From Somniosus microcephalus (Eukaryota), in contig CM126233.1 of the NCBI GenBank assembly GCA_052327205.1, positions 38,564,001 through 38,628,000 on the forward strand: a stretch of 64,000 nucleotides of DNA, in the 5' to 3' direction. A program made the position numbers and the translations under genes. Shown here one piece after another: positions 10,501-21,300 of the stretch. The notes beneath the pieces were generated by a model. It was not told the DNA's origin. It made no database searches and saw nothing but the letters and a program-made list of their open reading frames with translations. Within the stretch, counting starts at the first letter, position 1; each line of letters opens with the position of its first letter.

Positions 10501-13500
10501 CGACTCCGGCCTCGGGGAACTGACCGACTCCGGCCTCGGGACACGGGGAACTGACCGACTCCGGCCTCGGGGAACTGACCGACTCCGGCCTCGGGGAACT
10601 GACCGACTCCGGCCTCGGGACACGGGGAACTGACCGACTCCGGCCTCGGGACACAGGGAACTGACCGACTCCGGCCTCGGGGAACTGACCGACTGCGGCC
10701 TCGGGGAACTGACCGACCCCGGCCTCGGGACACAGGGAACTGACCGACTCCGGCCTCGGGGAACTGACCGACTCCGGCCTCGGGACACGGGGAACTGACC
10801 GACTCCGGCCTCGGGACACGGGGAACTGACCGACTCCGGCCTCGGGGAACTGACCGACTCCGGCCTCGGGACACGGGGAACTGACCGACTCCGGCCTCGG
10901 GACACGGGGAACTGACCGACTCCGGCCTCGGGACACGGGGAACTGACCGACTGCGGCCTCGGGGAACTGACCGACCCCGGCCTCGGGCCTCGGGGAACTG
11001 ACCGACTCGGGCCTCGGGGAACTGACCCACTCCGGCCTCGGGGAACTGACCCACTCCGGCCTCGGGGAACTGACCCACTCCGGCCTCGGGGAACTGACCC
11101 ACTCCGGCCTCGGGGAACTGACCCACTCCGGCCTCGGGGAACGGGGAACTGACCCACTCCGGCCTCGGGGAACGGGGAACTGACCAACTCGGGCCTCGGG
11201 ACACAGGGAACTGACCGACTCCGGCCTCGGGGAACTGACCGACTCCGGCCTCGGGGAACTGACCGACTCCGGCCTCGGGGAACTGACCGACTCCGGCCTC
11301 GGGACACGGGGAACTGACCCACTCCGGCCTCGGGGAACGGGGAACTGACCGACTCGGGCCTCGGGACACAGGGAACTGACCCACTCCGGCCTCGGGGAAC
11401 TGACCCACTCCGGCCTCCGGGAACGGGGAACTGACCGACTCCGGCCTCGGGACACGGGGAACTGACCGACTCGGGACTCGGGGAACTGACTCACTCCGGC
11501 CTCGGGGAACTGACCGACTCCGGCCTCGGGGAACTGACCGACTCCGGCCTCGGGACACGGGGAACTGACCGACTCCGGCCTCGGGACACGGGGAACTGAC
11601 CGACTCCGGCCTCGGGGAACTGACCGACTCCGGCCTCGGGGAACTGACCGACTCCGGCCTCGGGACACGTGGAACTGACCGACTCCGGCCTCGGGGAACT
11701 GACCGACTCCGGCCTCGGGGAACTGACCGACTCCGGCCTCGGGGAACTGACCGACTCCGGCCTCGGGACACGGGGAACTGACCGACTCCGGCCTCGGGGA
11801 ACTGACCGACTCCGGCCTCGGGGAACTGACCGACTCCGGCCTCGGGGAACTGACCGACTCCGGCCTCGGGGAACTGACCGACTCCGGCCTCGGGACACGG
11901 GGAACTGACCGACTCCGGCCTCGGGGAACTGACCGACTCCTGCCTCGGGACACGGGGAACTGACCGACTCCGGCCTCGGGACACGGGGAACTGACCGACT
12001 GCGGCCTCGGGGAACTGACCGACTCCGGCCTCGGGCCTCGGGGAACTGACCGACTCGGGCCTCGGGGAACTGACCCACTCCGGCCTCGGGACACGGGGAA
12101 CTGACCGACTCGGGCCTCGGGGAACTGGCCCACTCGGGCCTCGGGGAACTGGCCCACTCGGGCCTCGGGGAACTGGCCCACTCGGGCCTCGGGGAACTGG
12201 CCCACTCGGGCCTCGGGGAACTGGCCCACTCCGGCCTCGGGGAACTGGCCCACTCCGGCCTCGGGGAACTGGCCCACTCCGGCCTCGGGGAACTGGCCCA
12301 CTCCGGCCTCGGGGAACTGGCCCACTCCGGCCTCGGGGAACTGGCCCACTCCGGCCTCGGGGAACTGACCCACTCCGGCCTCGGGGAACTGACCCACTCC
12401 GGCCTCGGGGAACTGACCCACTCCGGCCTCGGGGAACTGACCCACTCCGGCCTCGGGGAACTGACCCACTCCGGCCTCGGGGAACTGACCCACTCCGGCC
12501 TCGGGGAACTGACCCACTCCGGCCTCGGGGAACGGGGAACTGACCCACTCCGGCCTCGGGGAACGGGGAACTGACCCACTCCGGCCTCGGGGAACGGGGA
12601 ACTGACCCACTCCGGCCTCGGGGAACGGGGAACTGACCGACTCGGGCCTCGGGACACAGGGAACTGACTGACTCCGGCCTCGGGGAACTGGCCGACTCCG
12701 GCCTCGGGGAACTGACCGACTCCGGCCTCGGGACACGGGGAACTGACCGACTCCGGCCTCGGGTCTCGGGGAACTGACCCACTCCGGCCTCGGGGAACGG
12801 GGAACTGACCGACTCGGGCCTCGGGACACAGGGAACTGACCAACTCCGGCCTCGGGGAACGGGGAACTGACCAACTCCGGCCTCGGGACACGGGGAACTG
12901 ACCGACTCCGGCCTCGGGACTCGGGGAACTGACCCACTCCGGCCTCGGGGAACGGGGAACTGACCAACTCCGGCCTCGGGACACGGGGAACTGACCGACT
13001 CCGGCCTCGGGACTCGGGGAACTGACCCACTCCGGCCTCGGGGAACGGGGAACTGACCGACTCGGGCCTCGGGACACGGGGAACTGACTGACTCTGCCGG
13101 GGTGGGGGGAATTCTCCCCGGTGTCCTGGGGCCAATATTTATTCCTCAACCAACCTCACTAAAACAGATGATCTGGTCATTATCACATTGCTGTTTGTGG
13201 GAGCTTGCTGTGCGCAAATTGGCTGCCGCGTTTCCTACATTACAACCGTGACTACACTTCAAAAAGTACTTCATTGGCTGTAAAGCACTGTGAGACGTCC
13301 TGAGGTTGTGAAAGGCGCTACAGAAATGCAAGTCTTTCTTATTGGGAAAGTCTCCCTGGGTTTTCGACTCTCTCACTCTCGCAGCCTCTCCCCTCATTAC
13401 TGCCTCACTCCGCTGGGAGCCTCGAGATATCAATACTCCCAGTCCCAGGATAAACCCCTGCAGTCAGGGCCGATCCACAGCACCATCTTCAGCCTTGATT

Positions 13501-16500
13501 TGAAGCCCATCACCAACTTGTGCCTCTTAGCCACCCTTGCACTGACGGTGGGAAGTCAACAGCAGCTAATGAACAGACTGAGAGAATCAGATCAAATTTG
13601 CATCAAATTGGCTTCATTCCAAACACAGATTCTCCTTTATAACTCAAATACAGTACATGGTGTTGCCATGGTTACAGGCAATGTCTTACAACGTGGTGTT
13701 GCTATGGTTACGTCCCATCTGTGCAAATAAAGATTCTTCACTAAACAAGCTCTGTATATGCGAGTGTTTGGATTGGGCGGTTTTAAACTTCCTCAGAAAA
13801 TCGAGCAAATCCCTTATCTTTGCACCAGACACACTCACCGTAGTCACACACTCACCATCGCACGCTCACCGTGCAGTCACACACTCACCATCGCACGCTC
13901 ACCGTGCTGTTACGCACTNNNNNNNNNNNNNNNNNNNNNNNNNNNNNNNNNNNNNNNNNNNNNNNNNNNNNNNNNNNNNNNNNNNNNNNNNNNNNNNNNN
14001 NNNNNNNNNNNNNNNNNNNNNNNNNNNNNNNNNNNNNNNNNNNNNNNNNNNNNNNNNNNNNNNNNNNNNCACTCACCACCGCACGCTCACCGTACAGTCA
14101 CACACTCACCATCGCACGCTCACCGTGCAGTCACACACTCACCATCGCACGCTCACCATGCTGTTACACACTCACCATCGCACGCTCACCGTGCAGTCAC
14201 ACACTCACCATCGCACGCTCACCATGCTGTTACACACTCACCATCGCACGCTCACCGTGCAGTCACACACTCACCATCGCACGCTCACCATGCAGTCACA
14301 TGCTCACCATCGCACGCTCACCATGCAGTCACACGCTCACCATCGCACGCTCACCGTGCAGTCACACACTCACCATCGCACGCTCACCATGCTGTTACAC
14401 ACTCACCATCGCACGCTCACCGTGCAGTCACACTCACCATCGCACGCTCACCATGCTGTTACACGCTCACCATCGCACGCTCACCGTGCAGTCACACACT
14501 CACCATCGCACGCTCACCATGCTGTTACACACTCACCATCGCACGCTCACTGTGCAGTCACACACTCACCATCGCACGCTCACCGTGCTGTTACACACTC
14601 ACTCCCACACACTCACCGTGCAGTCACACACTCGCTCCCACANNNNNNNNNNNNNNNNNNNNNNNNNNNNNNNNNNNNNNNNNNNNNNNNNNNNNNNNNN
14701 NNNNNNNNNNNNNNNNNNNNNNNNNNNNNNNNNNNNNNNNNNNNNNNNNNNNNNNNNNNNNNNNNNNNNNNNNNNNNNNNNNNNNNNNNNNNNCACTCAC
14801 TCCCACACACTCACCGTACAGTCACACACTCACTCCCACACTCGCCGTGCCGTTACACACTCACTCCCACACACTCGCCATGCCGTTACACACTCACCAT
14901 CGCACACTCAGCTCTGCAGACCAGTGTGAATATGAAAACATTTCAAACCCTTTAGAACACTAGAATTTCCAGAGTAAGAAGTGGAAAGCTCGTCCCCTTT
15001 AACAGGACCCCATTTAGTCTCCTTCAGTCGCTCTCCCCACAAACAAATCCCATTGTCTCTTCACCCCATTGCCACTGTTTCTCACCCAGCTCGATTATCT
15101 TCCTTACTCCTCACTTCCTAACGTTTGTATATGAAAAAGAAAAGACTGACGAAGGTAAATGTAGGTCCTTTACAGTCAGAGATGAGAGAATTTATAATGG
15201 GGAATGAGGAAATGGCTGAGAAATTAAATAAATACTTTGTTTCTGTCTTCACGGAGGAAGACACAAAAAACCTCCCAGAAATACGAGAAAACCAAGGGTT
15301 TGGCGAGAATGAGGAACTTAAAGAAATTATTATTAGTAAACAAACAGTACTAGCAAAATTAATGGGACTAAAAGTCAATAAATCCCAAGGACCGGATGAC
15401 CTACATCCTAGAGTTTTGAAAGAGGTGGCCATTGGGATAGTGGACGCATTGGTTGTCATCTTCCAAAATTCTATAGATTCTGGAACGGTTCCTGCAGATT
15501 GGAGGATAGCAAGTGTAACCCTGCTATTTAAGAAAGGAGGGAGAGAGAAAACGGGGAACTACAGACCTGTTAGCCTCACATCAGTAGTTGGGAAAATGCT
15601 GGAATCTATTATAAAGGATGTAATAACTGGGCACTTAGAAACTAATCGTAAGATTGGGCAGTCAACATGGATTTATGAAAGGGAAATCCTGTTTGACAAA
15701 CCTATTGACGTTCTTTGAGGATGTAACTAGTGGAGTAGACAAAGGGGAACCGGTAGATGTGGTGTATCTGGATTTTCAGAAGGCCTTCGATAAGGTCCCA
15801 CACAAGAGGTTGGTGAACAAAATTAGGACACATGGAATTGGGGGTAATATATTAGCATGGATTGAGAATTGGTTAACAGACCGAAAACAAAGAGTAGGGA
15901 TAAACGGGTCTTTTTCAGGATGGCAGGCTGTGACGAGTGGGGTACCGCAAGGATCGGTGCTTGGGCCCCAGCTATTCACAATCTATATCAATGATTTGGA
16001 TGAGGGGACTAAATGTAACATTTCCAAATTTGCTGATGATACAAAGCTAGGTGGCAGTGTCAGATGCAAAGAGGATATGAAGAGGCTTCAAGGGGATCTC
16101 GACAGGCTCAGTGAGTGGGCGAGAACATGGCAGATGGAATATAATGTGGATAAATGAGAAGTTATCCACTTTGGTAGAAAAAACAGAAAGGCAGAGTATT
16201 TCCTAAATGGTGAAAGATTGGGGAATGCAGATGCTCAAAGGGATCTGGGTGTCTTTGTACACGAGTCACTGAAAGTGAATGTGCAGGTGCAGCAAGTCAT
16301 TAGGAAGGCAAATGGTATACTGGCCTTCATTACAAGAGGATTTGAGTACAGGAGTAAAGAAGTCTTACTCCAATTATATAGGGACTTGGTGAGACCACAC
16401 CTGGAGTACTGTGTACCATTTTGGTCTCCTTACCTATGGAAGGATATACTTGCCATAGAGGGAGTGCAACGAAGGTTCACCAGACTGATTCCTGGGATGG

Positions 16501-18145
16501 CGGGACTGTCGTATGAGAAGAGATTGAGTAAACTAGGCCTGTATTCTCTTGAATTCAGAAGAATGAGAGGGGATCTCATTGAAGCATACAAAATTATTAC
16601 AGGGCTTGATAGGATGGATGCTGGGAGAATGTTTCCCTTGGCTGGGGAGTCTAGAACCAGGGGCCACAGTCTCAGGATAAGGGGTCGGCCATTCAGGACT
16701 GAGATGAGGAGAAATTTCTTCACACAGAGGGTGGTGAATCTTTGGAATTCTCTACCCCAGAGGGCTGTGGAGGCTCAGTCATTGGGTATATTCAAAACAG
16801 AGGTTGATAGATTTCTGACTAGTAAGGGCATCAAGGGATACGGAGATAGGGCCGGTGAATGGAGTTGAGGCAGAAGATCAGCCATGATCTCATTGAATGG
16901 CGGAGCAGGCTCGAGGGGCCGAATGGTCTACTCCTGTTCCTATTTCTTATGTTCGGACTTGCATCCCGTGGGATTCTGAAGCATTCACCACAATGCACAC
17001 TGGACCGGTTTTATGATTATTAAGGGAAATTACAAAATCACTGGATCACTGCACTGATCCTCCTGCCACTACCAACACTTTGCACCTCTCTCCCTGTGCT
17101 GCTTGCCCTCCACTCCGCCGAGTATAGGCTGTGAGGCTATTCCATCATGTGGGGCATCGCAATCAACCTGCTTATGTCCTCACCAGATCTCAGCAATCTC
17201 CAAAATCATCCTCCCTGGCTCATCACCCTCTCCAGCCCAGGGCTCTGAGACCAATTGTCCCAACTCCTGTCCTGGAATATGATCACTGAACTCACTATAG
17301 ACAGGGACCATTATCAGAGTCACAGATACAGAATGAATCCCACACTCTCACACAAGTACCAGAGACTGACAGATACAGAATGTAAGAAATGTTCATCCAG
17401 ATCCCACACATGCATCACTACACAACCGGCAACCAACCCTGGACACACAGACACACACAGAGACAGACACACATAGACACAGACTGACGGATAGACAGAC
17501 ACACACAGCCTGACTGCTGGGACGAGTATTGACGGGGGGGTTACCGAGCACGGGTGGCCCGGGGTTGGTGTCTGACCCCCCGGGGAGAATGAGACTGTGC
17601 TGCTCCCCCCGGTTGAACAGCTGTCCGGGTTTACCGAGTCCCGGCGGGGGGAGCTCCGCCTGTCCCTTTAAATGGGCAAACCCAGCGGAGCGGCCCCTTT
17701 AACAGAAGCTGCAGAGAATCAACATCCAGAGACCGACACCCTCCCCCCGGGCACCCGGGGACTCTCTCTCCCCCCGGGACTCTCTCTCCCCCCGGGACCC
17801 TCTCTCTCTCTCTCTCGCTCCCCCCGGGGGACCCGCACCCTCTCTCCGGGACCCTGTCTCCCCGAGCACCCTCTCTCTCTCTCCCCCCCGGACCCCTGTC
17901 TCTCTCCCCCGGGGACTCTCTCTCTCTCTCGCTCCCCCAGACCCCCCCTCTCTCTCTCTCTCTCTCCCTCTCCCCCCGGGGGACCCGCACCCTCCCCCCG
18001 GGGGACCCGCACCCTCTCCCCGGGACCCTGTCTCCCCGGGCACCCTCTCTCTCCCCCCGGACCCCCTCTCTCTCTCCCCGGGCACTCTCTCTCTCTCTCT
18101 CTCCCTCCCCCGGGGCACTCTCTCTCTCTCTCTCCCCCGGGGCAC

Positions 18146-18183
<38 letters not shown>

Positions 18184-18275
18184 CCGGGACCCTCTCCTCC
18201 TCCGCTCACCGTGTGCACTTTCTCCGAGTCTCCGCTCGCCTCCTGCCCGATGGACGGGATCCGAACCGCGATCAT
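1512..18275 (-). CDS. SNX22: Sorting nexin-22 (PX-only SNX), coding exons 1-5; 3' exons outside window
   Basis: Exons 18275-18210, 9110-9027, 6884-6780, 5587-5493 and 1544-1512 are all GT-AG and phase-compatible. They give [127 protein letters not shown], which matches the SNX22/SNX24 PX domain. IPSxG-E, VFRVEVL, PDFPxKR, GLEAY, QxVPxE and the position downstream of SNX1 favour SNX22. Confidence 0.9.
1562..2620 (+). mobile_element. CR1 LINE, 5'-truncated and degraded
   Basis: [39 protein letters not shown] spread over several frames, plus a 3'UTR. Confidence 0.92.
2690..3010 (-). mobile_element. CR1 fragment
   Basis: [31 protein letters not shown]; inverted relative to 1900-2110. Confidence 0.85.
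3378..4078. repeat. 28/22-bp tandem array
   Basis: Unit CCAGTGCCCCGTCGCACTGTAACCAGAG with 22-bp deletion variants. Confidence 0.97.
4195..4330 (-). mobile_element. Deu-domain SINE fragment running into the 33-bp array
   Basis: aaatattggccaggacacc...aaatagtg-catgggatctttta matches the SINE at 58285-58440. Confidence 0.8.
4326..4738. repeat. 33-bp SINE-derived tandem array, about 12 copies
   Basis: Unit CCCCTCCGACAGTGCGGCGCTCCCTCAGTACTG. Confidence 0.97.
4990..5280 (-). mobile_element. CR1 (HER1-like) 3' end
   Basis: Reverse complement of the gaagatcagccatg...ggagcaggctcgag tail and the [17 protein letters not shown] region. Confidence 0.85.
5493..5587 (-). CDS. SNX22: SNX22 exon 4 (95 nt)
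   Basis: Acceptor ctctctgggacacag, donor GTCAGT; [31 protein letters not shown] plus AG (phase 2). Confidence 0.88.
5873..6752. repeat. 33-bp SINE-derived tandem array, about 26 copies
   Basis: Same unit as 4326-4738; ends about 27 bp from SNX22 exon 3. Confidence 0.97.
6780..6884 (-). CDS. SNX22: SNX22 exon 3 (105 nt)
   Basis: Acceptor tttccaacag, donor GTGAGA; [35 protein letters not shown]. Confidence 0.93.
6936..7077. repeat. 72-bp direct tandem duplication (2 copies)
   Basis: agcgagacccctcacagc...ggggcagggagggc starting at 6936 and 7008. Confidence 0.9.
7632..9003. repeat. 67-bp tandem array, about 20 copies
   Basis: Unit CCCAGGGCAGGTACAGCACGGGTTAGATACAGAGTAAAGCTCCCTCTACACTGTCCCATCAAACACT. 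Confidence 0.97.
9027..9110 (-). CDS. SNX22: SNX22 exon 2 (84 nt)
   Basis: Acceptor cttgttgcag, branch point CACTAAC at 9134-9128, donor GTGAGT; [28 protein letters not shown] (PX RRY motif). Not in the ORF track. Confidence 0.93.
9141..13092. repeat. 24/31-bp CpG-rich tandem array (about 3.95 kb)
   Basis: Unit GGGGAACTGACCGACTCCGGCCTC with or without a 7-bp insert (GGGACAC or GGGGAAC). Confidence 0.97.
13108..13341 (+). mobile_element. Deu-domain SINE, 3' half
   Basis: ggtgtcctgg-ccaatatttat...ctggtcattatcacattgctgtttg...gaaaggcgctacagaaatgcaagtc, as at 58820-59000. Confidence 0.85.
13829..14905. repeat. 33-bp CA-rich tandem array with two N gaps
   Basis: Unit CACACTCACCATCGCACGCTCACCGTGCAGTCA; N runs at 13919-14069 and 14643-14793. 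Confidence 0.93.
15120..16954 (+). mobile_element. CR1 (HER1-like) LINE, 5'-truncated, nearly complete RT region with a frameshift and a stop
   Basis: [58 protein letters not shown]; frameshift near 15660, stop at about 16157; 3' tail to 16954. Confidence 0.95.
17736..18200. repeat. (CT)n / CCCCGGGG low-complexity degenerate repeat
   Basis: Polypyrimidine on +, interleaved with recurrent cccccgggggacccgcaccctctc units. Confidence 0.9.
18210..18275 (-). CDS. SNX22: SNX22 coding exon 1 (66 nt)
   Basis: ATG at 18275 with G at -3, in-frame TGA at 18299-18297 upstream, donor GTGAGC; [22 protein letters not shown]. Confidence 0.88.
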
Positions 18276-18334
18276 CCCGAATCCCGGAGTGAAGCTTCAC
18301 TGAGCCTGAGCCTGACCCCGCCTCCCGCACACCC

Positions 18335-21300
18335 GGCACTGACACTGACCAACCCGGGCCAGGCACTGACCAACCCGGGGCCAGGCACTGACCAACCCGG
18401 GGCCAGACTCTGACCAACCCGGGGCCAGGCACTGACCAACCCGGGGCCAGGCTCTGACCAATCCGGGGCCAGGCACTGACCAACCCGGGGCCAGGCACTG
18501 ACCAACCCGGGGCCAGGCACTGACCAACCCGGGGCCAGACTCTGACCAACCCGGGCCAGGCACTGACCAACCCGGGGCCAGGCTCTGGCCAACCCGGGGC
18601 CGGGCACTGACCAACCCGGGCCCGGGCACTGACCAACCCGGGGCCGGGCTCTGACCAACCCGGGGCCGGGCACTGACCAACCCGGGGCCGGGCACTGACC
18701 AACCCGGGGCCGGGCTCTGACCAACCCGGGGCCGGACTCTGACCAACCCGGGGCCAGGCACTGACCAACCCGGGGCCAGGCTCTGACCAACCCGGGGCCG
18801 GACTCTGACCAACCCGGGGCCAGGCACTGACCAACCCGGGGCCAGGCTCTGACCAACCCGGGGCCAGGCTCTGACCAACCCGGGGCCAGGCACTGACCAA
18901 CCCGGGGCCAGGCACTGACCAACCCGGGGCCAGGCACTGACCAACCCGGGGCCAGACACTGACCAACCCGGGGCCAGGCACTGACCAACCCGGGCCAGAC
19001 ACTGACCAACCCGAGGCTGGGCACTGACCAACCCGGGGCCGGGCACTGTCCAACCCGGGGCCGGGCACTGACCAACCCGGGCCAGACACCGACCAACCCG
19101 GGGACAGACTCTGACCAACCCGGGGCCAGGCACTGACCAACCCGGGGCCAGACACTGACCAACCCGGGGCCAGACTCTGACCAACCCGGGGCCGGACACT
19201 GACCAACCCGGGGCCAGGCACTGACCAACCCGGGGCCAGGCTCTGACCAACCCGGGCCAGGCACTGACCAACCCGGGGCCGGACACTGACCAACCCAGGG
19301 CCAGGCACTGGCCAACCCGGGGCCAGACCCTGACCAACCCGGGCCAGGCACTGACCAACCCGGGGCCAGGCACTGACCAACCCGGGGCCAGACTCTAACC
19401 AACCCAGGGCCAGACTCTGACCAACCCGGGACCAGACTCTGACCAACCCGTGGCCAGACTCTGACCAACGGGGCCAGGCACTGACCAACCTGGGGCCAGA
19501 CTCTGACCAACCCGGGACAAAGACACTGACCAAGCCAGGGCCAGACACTGACCAACCCAGGGCCAGGCACTGACCAACCCGGGGCCAGACACTGACCAAC
19601 CCGGAGCCGGGCACTGACCAACCCAGGGCCTAGCACTGACCAACCCGGGGCCAGACACTGACCAACCATGGCCAGACTCTGACCAACCCGGGGCCAGACA
19701 CTTCCAAGCCAGGGCCAGACACTGACCAATCCGGGCCAGACACTGACCAACCCGGGGCCAGACACTGACCAACCCGGGCCAGACACTGACCAACCCGGGC
19801 CAGACACTGACCAACCCGGGCCAGACACTGACCAACCCGGGGCCACTGACCAACCCGAGGCCAGACACTGACCAACCCGGGCCAGACACTGACCAACCGT
19901 GCCAGACACTGACCAACCCAGGCCAGACACTGACCAACCGGGCCAGACACTGACCAACCCGGGGCCAGACACTGACCAACCCGGGGCCGGACACTGACCA
20001 ACCCGGGGCCAGACTCTGACCAACCCGGGGCCAGACACTGACCAACCCGGGGCCGGGCACTGACCAACCCGGGGCCAGACACTTCCAAGCCAGGGCCAGA
20101 CACTGACCAATCCGGGCCAGACACTGACCAACCCGGGGCCAGACACTGACCAACCCGGGGCCAGACACTGACCAACCCGGGCCAGACACTGACCAACCCG
20201 GGCCAGACACTGACCAACCCGGGGCCACTGACCAACCCGAGGCCAGACACTGACCAACCCGGGCCAGACGCTGACCAACCGTGCCAGACACTGACCAACC
20301 CGGGGCCAGGCACTGACCAACCCGGGCCCGGGCACTGACCAACCCGGGGCCGGGCTCTGACCAACCCGGGGCCGGGCTCTGACCAACCCGGGGCCGGGCA
20401 CTGACCAACCCGGGGCCGGGCACTGACCAACCCGGGGCCGGGCACTGACCAACCCGGGGCCGGGCACTGACCGGGCCGGGCACTGACCAACCCGGGGCCG
20501 GGCACTGACCAACCCGGGGCCGGGCACTGACCAACCCGGGGCCGGGCTCTGACCAACCCGGGGCCGGACTCTGACCAACCCGGGGCCGGACTCTGACCAA
20601 CTCGGGGCCAGGCGCTGACCAACCCAGGGCCAGGCACTGACCAACCCGGGGCCAGGCACTGACCAACCGGGCCAGACACTGACCAACCCAGGCCAGACAC
20701 TGACCAACCGGGCCAGACACTGACCAACCCGGGGCCAGACACTGACCAACCCGGGGCCGGACACTGACCAACCCGGGGCCAGACTCTGACCAACCCGGGG
20801 CCAGACACTGACCAACCCGGGGCCGGGCACTGACCAACCCGGGGCCAGACACTTCCAAGCCAGGGCCAGACACTGACCAATCCGGGCCAGACACTGACCA
20901 ACCCGGGGCCAGACACTGACCAACCCGGGCCAGACACTGACCAACCCGGGCCAGACACTGACCAACCCGGGGCCACTGACCAACCCGAGGCCAGACACTG
21001 ACCAACCCGGGCCAGATGCTGACCAACCGTGCCAGACACTGACCAACCCAGGCCAGACACTGACCAACCCGGGCCAGACACTGACCAACCCAGGGCCGGA
21101 CACTGACCAATCTGGGCCAGACACTGACCAACCCAGGGACACTGACCAACCCGAGGCCACTGACCAACCCGGGCCGGGCACTGACCAACCCGGGGCCAGA
21201 CACTGACCAAGCCGGGGCCACTGACCAACCCGGGCCGGACACTGACCAACCCAGGGCCAGACACTGACCAACCCGGGGCCAGACACTGACCAACCCGGGG

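Larger units (their letters stand above)
17530..18335 (-). promoter_or_regulatory. CpG-island-like SNX22 5' region (exon 1 and start of intron 1)
   Basis: CpG-dense unique sequence around the ATG, GC box (GAGGCGGGG on -) at about 18316-18324, perfect palindrome AGTGAAGCTTCACT at 18288-18301. Confidence 0.55.

Noticed and set aside
9023-13149. 1370-aa, 1217-aa and related ORFs
   Set aside because: Stop-free reading of a 24/31-bp intronic repeat in multiple frames; the real exon 2 is read in a different frame
15120-16954. Active CR1 or domesticated reverse transcriptase (also 29105-31090 and 43615-45190)
   Set aside because: 5'-truncated, no endonuclease or ORF1, frameshifts and stops
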